Below, piece by piece: positions 19,594 through 28,195 of a stretch of DNA of 64,000 nucleotides. Below the pieces are notes generated by a model. The model searched no databases. It saw nothing but the letters and a program-made list of their open reading frames with translations, and had not been told where the DNA came from. The stretch lies in NCBI GenBank assembly GCA_963730675.1, contig CAVSSY010000012.1:99008-163007 (forward strand), in the 5' to 3' direction. Position 1 is the first letter of the stretch. Every line of letters starts with the position of its first letter. The DNA is from an uncultured delta proteobacterium (GTDB taxonomy: Bacteria; Desulfobacterota; Desulfobacteria; Desulfobacterales; UBA5852). Position numbers and translations under genes: made by a program.

Positions 19594-20706
19594 TCAGATA
19601 CCCGGAATACCCTCGCGGATGCGCCGTGAAAATTGGGCATCGATTTTCCCGGAGCGGGCCCGCTGGTTGATGTGGCTTTGGCGCTTCAGCTCCGGAAACG
19701 GCAGGGCCTGGTCCAACAGCCCCTTCTCATAAGCCATTTCATCGACGTAGCCGTTGACCAGAACGCGCCAATCCCAGGAGGCATTCGGATTATAGGGCCG
19801 GGTGTGGCCGCGGATGTTGGTGGTGCAGTTGCTGGTCAGGGCGTTGTACCATTCCGGGCGGTCTTTCAACTGGTTCACGGTTTTCAGGTAATCCAGAAAG
19901 ACCGTCCGGATCATGGCGGTCGGGGCTTTCAGGCGGTAAAGGTAGACGTCCTCGTTGCGATAGTTGGTCCGCAGCCCCACCAGATCGCGCTCGTCGCCGA
20001 CCACATAGGTCAGCTCGTACTGCTTGAAGAAGCCCCTGATGGCCGAGTATGTCTGGCCCTTGCGCTTGCGCGTCTCGATGGAAAAACAGACATAGTCGCC
20101 GCCATCGAACCCGAAACTGAACATGGTATGCGCAATCGCGGGCGAACCCCAGTATACCAGAAAAAGATCCACACTGCGCAGCTTGTTCAGATCATAGGTC
20201 TTGTCGTAATGACGGACCGTGTACTGGGTCTCGCTGCGGTAGTCACAATTGCGGATGTGATGCAGCCTCACCTGGTTGCCGTTGATTTCCGCCCAGGGAA
20301 GCAGCGCCACGTCCGCCTGCCAGTCCCGATGGTTGGACGGCGGTATGGTCAGCCACCAGGCCACCAGGATAACACCGATGACGGCAAAGAGCGCGATCGA
20401 TCGGGAGGCCGGCCGCACCCGCAGCAGGATGAAGAGGTTTACCAGCACGATGGCCCCGGCACTCCAGGGGCGCAGCGCCTCGGGCAGGTTGGAATAGAAA
20501 ACAGCCAGTGCTTCCCAGCCTGTGAAGGCGGCCAGAACCGGCACCCCGATCAGCCAGCCGGCCAGGCGCCGACGGTGCTTGCCGGTGCTTTTCCCAAAAT
20601 TTTGCGCTTTTCCCGCATGGTTGGCAGGCAAATCCTTTGCCCTCCTTAGGATTTTCCAGCGGCCCTGCATGTCTACAAAACCCTGCTGGCCCTCTTGGGG
20701 GCCCAC
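19594..20706 (-). CDS. DUF4105 (Lnb N-terminal domain-like) membrane protein
   Basis: N-terminal TM helices, then the block HTMFSFGFDGGDYVCFSIETRKRKGQTYSAIRGFFKQYELTYVVGDERD, which I recognise as DUF4105-like. Confidence 0.55.
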   Translation of the reverse strand: MGPQEGQQGFVDMQGRWKILRRAKDLPANHAGKAQNFGKSTGKHRRRLAGWLIGVPVLAAFTGWEALAVFYSNLPEALRPWSAGAIVLVNLFILLRVRPASRSIALFAVIGVILVAWWLTIPPSNHRDWQADVALLPWAEINGNQVRLHHIRNCDYRSETQYTVRHYDKTYDLNKLRSVDLFLVYWGSPAIAHTMFSFGFDGGDYVCFSIETRKRKGQTYSAIRGFFKQYELTYVVGDERDLVGLRTNYRNEDVYLYRLKAPTAMIRTVFLDYLKTVNQLKDRPEWYNALTSNCTTNIRGHTRPYNPNASWDWRVLVNGYVDEMAYEKGLLDQALPFPELKRQSHINQRARSGKIDAQFSRRIREGIPGI

Positions 20707-20791
20707 TGCAGCCGCCCGACAGTTTATTGATTGCGCCGGGTGAAGATCGTTTATGCTGAAAAACGATTTTCCAGGGCCAGCCGCCGCCCCT

Positions 20792-21349
20792 TTACTTCGG
20801 GTTGATAGGGCTGATTTTGGAGCCCTGCAAGCCCAGGCCGGCCATCAAGCCCTCCTGGTTAAAAATGAAGGCGTAGACATCCTCCTTGGCGGTGGTGGTC
20901 GTCAGGGATTTCGCCATGCCCTCGTCGACCACCACGAAGCTTGGGCCCACGCCGATTTCGAAGCCCTCGGAGGTGTCGAGGTAGGCCAGCGCGTCGTCGG
21001 TCAGCAGGAACATGGCATAGCCGAAGGTCTGGGCCCCTATCTGTAGGCCGTAGGAGGCCGCCACGCTGTTATAGAAACCCGTGCATTTTCCGTTCTTGAA
21101 AAGGGCGCCTTCACCATACTGCCCGCCGATGATCAAACCGCCCTTGACAATGCGCGGAAAGACCAGGATACCCTTGGCCGTGGTCGACAATTTTTTAGCG
21201 GCCGGTGAACGATCGTAGAGTTTCTGCAGGGCCATTTCCGCATCGCCCTGGAGCTCAGCCGCCGTGCCCGCCAGCGCCGGGCCGGCGGCGACAGCCATCG
21301 TCAGAGCTGCCAGCAGCATCCATTGAATCCTATATTTTCCTGTCATCAT
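20792..21349 (-). CDS. SYLF (Ysc84/DUF500) lipid-binding domain protein, secreted
   Basis: Signal peptide, then GILVFPRIVKGGLIIGGQYGEGAL...SYGLQIGAQTFGYAMFLLTDDAL...GFEIGVGPSF. Confidence 0.75.
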   Translation of the reverse strand: MMTGKYRIQWMLLAALTMAVAAGPALAGTAAELQGDAEMALQKLYDRSPAAKKLSTTAKGILVFPRIVKGGLIIGGQYGEGALFKNGKCTGFYNSVAASYGLQIGAQTFGYAMFLLTDDALAYLDTSEGFEIGVGPSFVVVDEGMAKSLTTTTAKEDVYAFIFNQEGLMAGLGLQGSKISPINPK

Positions 21350-21378
21350 GGTTCACCTCCATTCAGGTATAGTGGACA

Positions 21379-21861
21379 TCATTTCATCAATGGAATCCGA
21401 CCGGCCAGTTCGTAGTTGACGATGGCCCGGATCTTGTTCTCGATCTGGTAGTAGCGGGTCACCTTTTTCTCCGGTACGGCCGCTCGGAACTTGGGCAGGT
21501 AGTCCTGGCGAAGGGCGAGATACTCGGCCTCGTAGCCCATGAGTTGGTTGAGAAGATCCTTCGCCTTGGCGTCGGTCATGTCCTGGTAATGACGGGCGAA
21601 ATCGTCGATGAGGTAAGCGCCCTTGGCACCGAGCTTCTGCAAGTCCTGGACGTATTCGTCGTAGATCGGCCAGAAGGCTTTGCCTTCCGCTTCGGTCAAT
21701 TCCATGTTGTCCGCCACGAACAGCTTGCGGTCGGCGAGGAGTTTCTCCCGAACGATCTGCATGTTGTTCGATGTGTCCTGGGCCATGGTGGCAGCCGGCA
21801 GCATCCATATGCCGATCAGCAGGCCGATTAAAACGCCAAACAGAAGGTGATGTGTTTTCAT
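21379..21861 (-). CDS. hypothetical secreted protein (160 aa)
   Basis: Start moved to MKTHHLLFGVLIGLLIGIWMLPAATMAQ (signal peptide), with AAGGAGA upstream. Confidence 0.55.
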   Translation of the reverse strand: MKTHHLLFGVLIGLLIGIWMLPAATMAQDTSNNMQIVREKLLADRKLFVADNMELTEAEGKAFWPIYDEYVQDLQKLGAKGAYLIDDFARHYQDMTDAKAKDLLNQLMGYEAEYLALRQDYLPKFRAAVPEKKVTRYYQIENKIRAIVNYELAGRIPLMK

Positions 21862-22028
21862 TGGGATTCTCCTTGTCTTCGAAATTAGGCTCCCCAGCTT
21901 GCCGCCGACCGCCTCCGACCGGAGGCTCGGGGAGCCTCCCTGCGGGGTGTCGTCGGCCATGATGGCGTTTTTGGCGCCTTCCCGGAATGATTAAGCCCTG
22001 GCTGTAAGAGGGCGGAATTGATGAAAAT

Positions 22029-22073
22029 GGCCTACCAGGCTTTGGGACGTATTGAAATAGGACCTTGGTCCTA
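22029..22073. repeat. intergenic repeat, copy a; core palindrome TAGGACCTTGGTCCTA at 22058-22073
   Basis: GGCCTACCAGGCTTTGGG...ATTGAAATAGGACCTTGGTCCTA. About 45 nt similar to 28101-28145; the core is also at 45930-45945. Confidence 0.7.
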
Positions 22074-22152
22074 CGATCTCCAAGATTCCTTGAGGTCCCC
22101 TTTCTTCCTAAAAGCGACACGCTCATCTTGCAGGGAATAAGCGGGGGGCTTC

Positions 22153-22512
22153 TCATAAGCGCCATTCGATGCCAAGCGTCACGACATGCAGGGCCGCGTC
22201 TTCATAGGTGCCGGAGACCCGCCCCGCCAGCGGCCCCCGCGCCACGCCCATGTCGATGTCACCGCTCCAGGCCAGCTCGTAGGCCCCGCGAGAGTCACGT
22301 TTCCCGACCAGGCGCAGCGGGTCCCCAGGCCGAAACGCCGGGTTGGTGAAAACCGTGGCGGCGTCCTCGGCACGGTCGGCATAGCCGGCCCCGGCCAGCC
22401 CCACGTCGGAGCGGCCGACCTCTTAGAGGTAAAGGACGCCGGCGCAGACGCCGGGTACCCATGCGAGGGAAAACAGGATGACGTTAAGAATAAAATATCG
22501 GTATCGTGGCAT
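22153..22512 (-). pseudogene. small secreted/outer-membrane-like protein interrupted by an in-frame TAA
   Basis: ATG 22510-22512 with AAGGAG upstream encodes signal peptide MPRYRYFILNVILFSLAWVPGVCAGVLYL, then TAA. The same frame continues EVGRSDVGLAGAGYADRAED...TLGIEWRL to 22153. Confidence 0.4.
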
Positions 22513-22527
22513 GGTGGCAATTGCTCC

Positions 22528-23577
22528 TTAGATTTTGGAAAACTGAATGACGACCTTGATGTCATCCGGCTTTCTCTCCAGTGCCCGCATGAAATGTTCA
22601 GGCTGTTCGCGCCGGGTGATGAGTTTCGACAACCAAGCGCGGTCCGCTCGGGCAAGATACTGGCCGGCCCTGTACCAGTGCCGCTTATTGGCGTTGACAC
22701 TCCCCACAATCACATTGTTCCGAAGCACCACGGCGGAAGCGACATCGGCGATGGTGGCCGAGGTGGCCGCGCCGCCATGACCGATACCGGCTAAACACAC
22801 AATCCCGTTCGCCCCGATCTTCCGGATGGATTCGGCGATGACTTGGCCCACGCCCGTGCATTCGATGATGGTATCCGGCTCGAAATCAAGATCCTTCACA
22901 CGGCCGGCGTGATACGTTCCGCCAAGTTCCCGCACCAGATCCGCCTTGAGGCCACCCTCGGCCCGGCTGAGCACGTGCACATCCAACCCGTATATTTTGG
23001 TGAAGAGCGCCGCGAGCAGCGCAATCGGCCCGGCGCCTGTAATCAACGCGGTCCGGGGTTCCCAAAACGATCGCCGGCCAATCATGCCGACCTGCTCTAA
23101 GGCCTTGGCCACCACTGTGGCGGGCTCCAGCAGCACACCGAGGATCCCCAGGGCAGGATCGACCTTGATGGCGTATTCGGGCTCGATCCGCCAGCGCTCC
23201 GACATGAACCCGTGAATTTGTTTGATGCCGCGTTCGGTGTACTGTCCGTTGCGGCACATGTCCCATTCGCCCACGGCGCAGTTCGGGCAGGGCACCGGGT
23301 CGGGGCGGCGGACGATTCCGACCACCAGGTCGCCTTTTTTAAATGCGCCCCCTGGACCCGGTTCGATGACGCGGCCAAGGGATTCGTGCCCGAGCACGAG
23401 GCGCGTCTGGCCCGGTGGGGCCCAGCCGTACTTGCCCTCCACGATTTCGACGTCCGTCCCGCAAACGCCGACGGCGACGGCTTCCACCAGGATCGAACCC
23501 TCGTGCACAGCGGGCTCCGGAATATCTTCGAGCCGGGTCGTCCCGGGCTTTAACGGTTCTACCGTAATCGCTTTCAT
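22528..23577 (-). CDS. zinc-dependent medium-chain dehydrogenase (glucose 1-dehydrogenase/threonine dehydrogenase-like)
   Basis: Start MKAITVEP with GGAGG upstream. Contains VGVCGTDVEI and GHESLG zinc/catalytic motifs and the GAGPIALL Rossmann motif. ATGA overlap with the upstream GH13 gene. Confidence 0.8.
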   Translation of the reverse strand: MKAITVEPLKPGTTRLEDIPEPAVHEGSILVEAVAVGVCGTDVEIVEGKYGWAPPGQTRLVLGHESLGRVIEPGPGGAFKKGDLVVGIVRRPDPVPCPNCAVGEWDMCRNGQYTERGIKQIHGFMSERWRIEPEYAIKVDPALGILGVLLEPATVVAKALEQVGMIGRRSFWEPRTALITGAGPIALLAALFTKIYGLDVHVLSRAEGGLKADLVRELGGTYHAGRVKDLDFEPDTIIECTGVGQVIAESIRKIGANGIVCLAGIGHGGAATSATIADVASAVVLRNNVIVGSVNANKRHWYRAGQYLARADRAWLSKLITRREQPEHFMRALERKPDDIKVVIQFSKI

Positions 23578-25094
23578 GAGCTTACCTCCAAAGGTAAAGT
23601 GTGAGGCCTTCCATTTTTCGGCCGCCATCGGATCAGGACATGGTATCCCCAGGGGGGAAGGTCCACATACAATCCCGGGTTGATCATCTCGTTGCCACTG
23701 CATTCATACATTTGGCCGGTAAAGAGGTCGGTCATCTGCCAGGCCTTGCCCGTGGGGTCATCCCAGGGCAGCCGCACGTGCCCCTGGGCACCCGCGTCTG
23801 AGAAATTTACCACGATCAGGTAATGCGCTCCGGCGCTGCGCCAGCACCAGGCAACAAGGTCTCGGTAAGTTGCATTATCCGGCCAGCCGGTTCGCTCACA
23901 GAGCTGCCAGTTACCGTTCCTCATCCCTTCAGAGGAAGCGGCGTTTAGAAGCGTGTGGTAAAAACCCGGGAGGTCAGGGTCGACGGGCTCCATAGGACGG
24001 CGACCGAGGAAGACAGGAACCCTGGCTTGTCTTCCCTCGAACTGACCTTCATGAAAGAGTTTTGCCCCCGGAATCGTCGCAATGATCACGGCGGCGGCGC
24101 GCTCCTTTTGGGGAGCAAAGACTGCAAGGGCCCGGTGTTCGTCATGGTTTTCGATGAAACGGACCAGCTTTTCCTGGTAGGCGAGGTCGGCGCAAAGATG
24201 CCGTCGCACGTTCTCCGCGGAGTCGTGCTCCAGACGGTCGTACAGGCGTTTGTCGTAACAGTAGTCAAACCCCTGCTGCTGGAGCTCCCAAGCGAGATCC
24301 CAATAAGCCTCTGCCATAAAGAGGAAATCCGGATGCGCTTTCTTGACGGCGACAATCACCTCAGGCCAGTACTCGGTTGCCGGCCGTCGACCCGCGCGGT
24401 GACCCCAGGTGCGTTCGAAAACCTGGTTCAGCACGAGCATCGCCATATCGCAGCGCACGCCATCGCTCTGGCCAGCGATATCCGCAAGGGTCGCGATCAC
24501 CGCCTGCCGGAGCCCCGGCTGAAAGGCGTTGAGCTGGAGCACATCCGGCCATGCCGGGAAGAAAGGATCCCGACCACAGGCGAATACCTTCCCTCCCACC
24601 TCGATGAAGGACGCCGGATCATTCCGCGCATCGTCAACGTTCCCCTGAACGAAGTATTCGGGGTAATCGATGACCCATGGATGGTCCGGCGCCACGTGGT
24701 TGGGAACAAAGTCAAGGATAAGCCGCAGCCCGCGTTTACGGAGCATGCTTCGTGCGGTGGCAAGTCCCTTTGGCCCTCCGAGATTTTCATCGACGACATA
24801 TCGCCGCACGCAATAGGGCGAGCCGACATTGTCCTCCGCCGCATAGTCAGGCAAGGCTCTGCGGAAATCCTCGAGAAGTTCTTGGTTTCGCAAGGAGATC
24901 TCGATTCCGGCCGGGCTCCGCTCCCACACCCCCATGAACCACACGGCGTCAAATCCATGTGAGGCAATCTGATCCCACTCCTCCATCGGCATCGTGGCGA
25001 GATCTACCGGCCTCTTGTATTTCCAGCCGAGTTCGCGCAGCCAGACCCAGGTGTTGATTTCATAGATAACCGGATGTTTCGGCCATGGGTTCAT
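23574..25094 (-). CDS. alpha-amylase family (GH13) glycoside hydrolase
   Basis: Conserved GH13 regions DFVPNH, DGVRCDMA, FMAEAYW and FIENHDE. Start moved to MNPWPKHPVIYEINTW. Confidence 0.85.
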   Translation of the reverse strand: MNPWPKHPVIYEINTWVWLRELGWKYKRPVDLATMPMEEWDQIASHGFDAVWFMGVWERSPAGIEISLRNQELLEDFRRALPDYAAEDNVGSPYCVRRYVVDENLGGPKGLATARSMLRKRGLRLILDFVPNHVAPDHPWVIDYPEYFVQGNVDDARNDPASFIEVGGKVFACGRDPFFPAWPDVLQLNAFQPGLRQAVIATLADIAGQSDGVRCDMAMLVLNQVFERTWGHRAGRRPATEYWPEVIVAVKKAHPDFLFMAEAYWDLAWELQQQGFDYCYDKRLYDRLEHDSAENVRRHLCADLAYQEKLVRFIENHDEHRALAVFAPQKERAAAVIIATIPGAKLFHEGQFEGRQARVPVFLGRRPMEPVDPDLPGFYHTLLNAASSEGMRNGNWQLCERTGWPDNATYRDLVAWCWRSAGAHYLIVVNFSDAGAQGHVRLPWDDPTGKAWQMTDLFTGQMYECSGNEMINPGLYVDLPPWGYHVLIRWRPKNGRPHTLPLEVSS

Positions 25095-25111
25095 TGCTTC
25101 GCCTCCGGTTC

Positions 25112-27829
25112 CTATTTTCCGCGAATGAAGGCCGCCGCCTTGCCACCTTCGAGCACCTTTTTTGCATCGAGCAATCCGAAGAGTTGGATCGTCTTCGCTA
25201 CCACACCTGTCCATCCCGTCTGGTGGCTGGCACCCAACCCCGCCCCGTTATCCCCTTGGAAATACTCGAAGAACAGGATGTGATCGCGCCAGTGGGGGTC
25301 GGTTTGAAACTTCTCGGTGCCACCGTAGACAGGACGCTTGCCCTCCGCGTTCCGCAGGAAGATCCGGCTGAGCCGATCGGCAATTTCCTTGGCGACCTCG
25401 AAGAGATTCATCATTTTTCCCGATCCCGTGGGGCATTCGACCTTGAAGTTGTCGCCGTAGTAAAGGTAGAAGTTCAGCAGCCCCCTGATGAGGATGACAT
25501 TGACCGGCATCCAGACGGGTCCCCGCCAGTTGGAGTTGCCGCCGAACATGCCGGTGTTCGATTCGGCCGGCAAGTAGTCGACGCGGTAGTTCTGACCGCC
25601 CGCCTGGAAGACGTAAGGGTGCTGCGCGTGGAACTTGGAGAGCGAGCGGATGCCGTAAGGACTCAGAAACTCGTTTTCATCCAGCATCTTCGCGAGGATC
25701 CGACGCAGCCGCTCCGGGTTGACCAGGGCGATCAGCCCCCGTTCGGCCACCCCAAAATGACCGGGACCCGTGGGGTGGATGGACTCCAGGAGTTCCGGCA
25801 TCTGGCGCATGCGTGCCAGGAGACCGGCCATTGCCTGCGGAACGCGCTCGCGCTGCCATTTCTCGATCACCGTCGTGGCGCACAGGGGCAACAACCCCAC
25901 CATCGAGCGGACCTTGAGCCGGGTCCCGCTGCCGTCGGGGAGCCGCAACAGGTCGTAGTAGAAGCCGTCCTCCTCATCCCACATGCCATCCTGCCCGGAT
26001 GTGTTCATGGCGGCGGCGATATAGAGAAAATGCTCCACGAACTTGAAAACCATGTCCTCATAGACGTGGTCATGGCTGGCGAGCTCAACCGCGAGCTCGA
26101 GCATGTTCTGGGTGAAGAGCGCCATCCAGGCTGTGCCGTCCGCCTGTTCCAGATAGCCTCCCGTCGGAAGGGGGGCACTGCGGTCGAAGACGCCGATGTT
26201 GTCGAGGCCGAGAAAACCGCCTTCGAACACATTCTTCCCGAAGCGGTCCTTGCGGTTCACCCACCAGGTGAAATTCAGCAGGAGCTTGTTGAACGCCGAC
26301 TTGAGGAAATCGACGTCCGCCTCGCCGCGCAGGGCCTGCTCGGTGCGGTGCAGGAAAAGCGTCGCAAAGGCGTGGACCGGGGGGTTCACGTCGCTGAAGT
26401 TCCACTCGTAGGCGGGGAGCTGGCCGCTGGGATGGAGGTAGAGCCCGCGGAGCATCAGTTCCAACTGCTCCTTAGCGAAGTCGGGATCCACGATCGAGAT
26501 CGGCAGCGTGTGGAAGGCAAGGTCCCAGGCCGCGTACCAGGGGTACTCCCACTTGTCGGGCATCGAGATGACATCGTCGTTGATCATGTGGAACCACTCC
26601 CGGTTCCGGAATTTGCGACTTCCGTGATGGAGGGGATGGGCGCGGTGCTCCTCCAGCCACGAATCGGCGTCGAAGTAATAATACTGTTTGGACCAGAGCA
26701 TGCCGGCAATGGCCTGCCGCATCACGTTGGCAGCGTCTGGGGAGACCGAGGGCGGGGTAACGGAGCGGTAGAACTCATCCGCCTCCCGCAACCGCGCGGC
26801 CAGGATTTCGTCAAAGTCCGGCCCGAAGGGGGATTTCTTATCCTTACCGGAGGGAGGCTGGCCGGTGAGCCGGAGCCGCACCGTCGCCGATTGGCCGGGG
26901 TCGACGGTGAGCCGATAGTGCGCCGCGGCCTTGGTGCCGAGCCGGTCGGGGTTCACCGTATCCCGGCGGCCCTGGACCACGTAATTGTTGATACCGTCTT
27001 TGAGGTAAGGACCCACGTCCGGGTAGTCGAGGCGAAGTTGGGCGTGGTTGGTTGAGTTCTCGGTAAAAAGCAGCGGCGCATCCCCTTCGCAATACAGGTC
27101 GTACACCCCGAGTACGGGATGCATTGCTGCAATCGCGCGGGTGCCTGACGGGCCCTCGACCTGCTTGAGCGTCGGTTTTTCGGAAGGCTTGGTGATCCAT
27201 GACGCCCAGTCGTTTCGGAACCACAGGGTCGGCAGCACGTGCAGCTCGGCGGCCTCCGGCCCCCGGTTGGCCGCCGTGATCGCGATCAGGATATCCTCCG
27301 GGCCGGCCTTGGCGTATTCCACGAATACATCGAAGTAGCGGTCTTCCTTGAAGACACCCGTGTCAAGAAGCTCGTACTCCATTTCGTTGCGGGTGCGGCG
27401 CCGGTTCGTCTCCACCAAGTCGGCATAGGGATAGGCCGCTTGGGGATACTTGTAGAGGTATTTCATGTAGGCGTGGGTCGGCGTGTTGTCGAGATAAAAG
27501 TAATATTCCTTGACGTCTTCGCCGTGGTTGGCCTCGCTGTTGGTAAGCCCAAAGAGGCGTTCCTTGAGAATGGAATCCTTGCCGTTCCACAGCGCAACGG
27601 CAAAACAGAGTCGCTGCTTGTCGTCGGAGATCCCTCCCAGGCCGTCTTCGCCCCAACGATACGCCCGGGAACGAGCGTGATCATGGGTGAAAAAGTCCCA
27701 GGCGTCGCCGTTTTCGCTGTAATCCTCGCGGACGGTTCCCCATTGACGTTCGCTCAGGTAAGGACCCCACTTCTTCCAGGGAATTTTTCCCGTTCGGCTT
27801 TCTTCAAGACGAGATTGTTCGGTATTCAT
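25112..27829 (-). CDS. GH63-like glucosidase (MGH1/mannosylglycerate-hydrolase-like)
   Basis: 905 aa. The N-terminus WKKWGPYLSERQWGTVREDYSENGDAWDFFTHDHARSRAYRWGEDG is typical of bacterial GH63-like glucosidases. Confidence 0.75.
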   Translation of the reverse strand: MNTEQSRLEESRTGKIPWKKWGPYLSERQWGTVREDYSENGDAWDFFTHDHARSRAYRWGEDGLGGISDDKQRLCFAVALWNGKDSILKERLFGLTNSEANHGEDVKEYYFYLDNTPTHAYMKYLYKYPQAAYPYADLVETNRRRTRNEMEYELLDTGVFKEDRYFDVFVEYAKAGPEDILIAITAANRGPEAAELHVLPTLWFRNDWASWITKPSEKPTLKQVEGPSGTRAIAAMHPVLGVYDLYCEGDAPLLFTENSTNHAQLRLDYPDVGPYLKDGINNYVVQGRRDTVNPDRLGTKAAAHYRLTVDPGQSATVRLRLTGQPPSGKDKKSPFGPDFDEILAARLREADEFYRSVTPPSVSPDAANVMRQAIAGMLWSKQYYYFDADSWLEEHRAHPLHHGSRKFRNREWFHMINDDVISMPDKWEYPWYAAWDLAFHTLPISIVDPDFAKEQLELMLRGLYLHPSGQLPAYEWNFSDVNPPVHAFATLFLHRTEQALRGEADVDFLKSAFNKLLLNFTWWVNRKDRFGKNVFEGGFLGLDNIGVFDRSAPLPTGGYLEQADGTAWMALFTQNMLELAVELASHDHVYEDMVFKFVEHFLYIAAAMNTSGQDGMWDEEDGFYYDLLRLPDGSGTRLKVRSMVGLLPLCATTVIEKWQRERVPQAMAGLLARMRQMPELLESIHPTGPGHFGVAERGLIALVNPERLRRILAKMLDENEFLSPYGIRSLSKFHAQHPYVFQAGGQNYRVDYLPAESNTGMFGGNSNWRGPVWMPVNVILIRGLLNFYLYYGDNFKVECPTGSGKMMNLFEVAKEIADRLSRIFLRNAEGKRPVYGGTEKFQTDPHWRDHILFFEYFQGDNGAGLGASHQTGWTGVVAKTIQLFGLLDAKKVLEGGKAAAFIRGK

Positions 27830-27932
27830 CGATCGTCCTCCTTTAATGACCCTTCCGGGCTTGCCGGATCAGGTCGCAAAGAAAAAAATGCTATCTTGGT
27901 GCAATGTATAAAAAAGACGGCCGAGGCCCATA

Positions 27933-27948
27933 TGGCACCACGCATGCA
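27933..27948 (+). promoter_or_regulatory. sigma-54-type -24/-12 element TGGCAC-CACGC-ATGCA with no downstream ORF
   Basis: GG at 27934-27935 and GC at 27946-27947, at the canonical 11-nt G-to-G spacing. Intergenic, plus strand. Confidence 0.3.
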
Positions 27949-28100
27949 TGGCGGCATCGATCCTTGGTCGATGGCCCCTTCCGTCCGGGGGTTTCGGGTA
28001 GTCCCTCGGGGGGCGTCCTTTCCCATGCTATCGTTGGTGTCGTCGTGTCAGAAGGGAGCGACCCGGGCCGGATCGATCGAAGGCAAGTATTCGCGATGAC

Positions 28101-28145
28101 GGCCTACCAGTCTTTGGGGGATTTGAAAATAGGACCTTGGTCCTA
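28101..28145. repeat. intergenic repeat, copy b; core palindrome at 28130-28145
   Basis: GGCCTACCAGTCTTTGGGGGATTTGAAAATAGGACCTTGGTCCTA. Confidence 0.7.
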
Positions 28146-28195
28146 TTGCTTGCAGGCCGTCTTCCGGACGGGAGGGGTTTCTCGACGCCGCCCTT

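Noticed and set aside
25085-27055. 656-aa plus-strand ORF
   Set aside because: It lies entirely antisense to the well-supported GH63-like gene. The product is Arg/Gly/Val/Pro-rich low-information sequence with no motifs, typical of shadow ORFs in GC-rich DNA.
27889-27904. Minus-strand TTGCAC-CAAGA-TAGCA upstream of the GH63 operon as a sigma-54 promoter
   Set aside because: The near-invariant GG of the -24 element is TG, and the -12 element reads TAGC. This is too weak to call.
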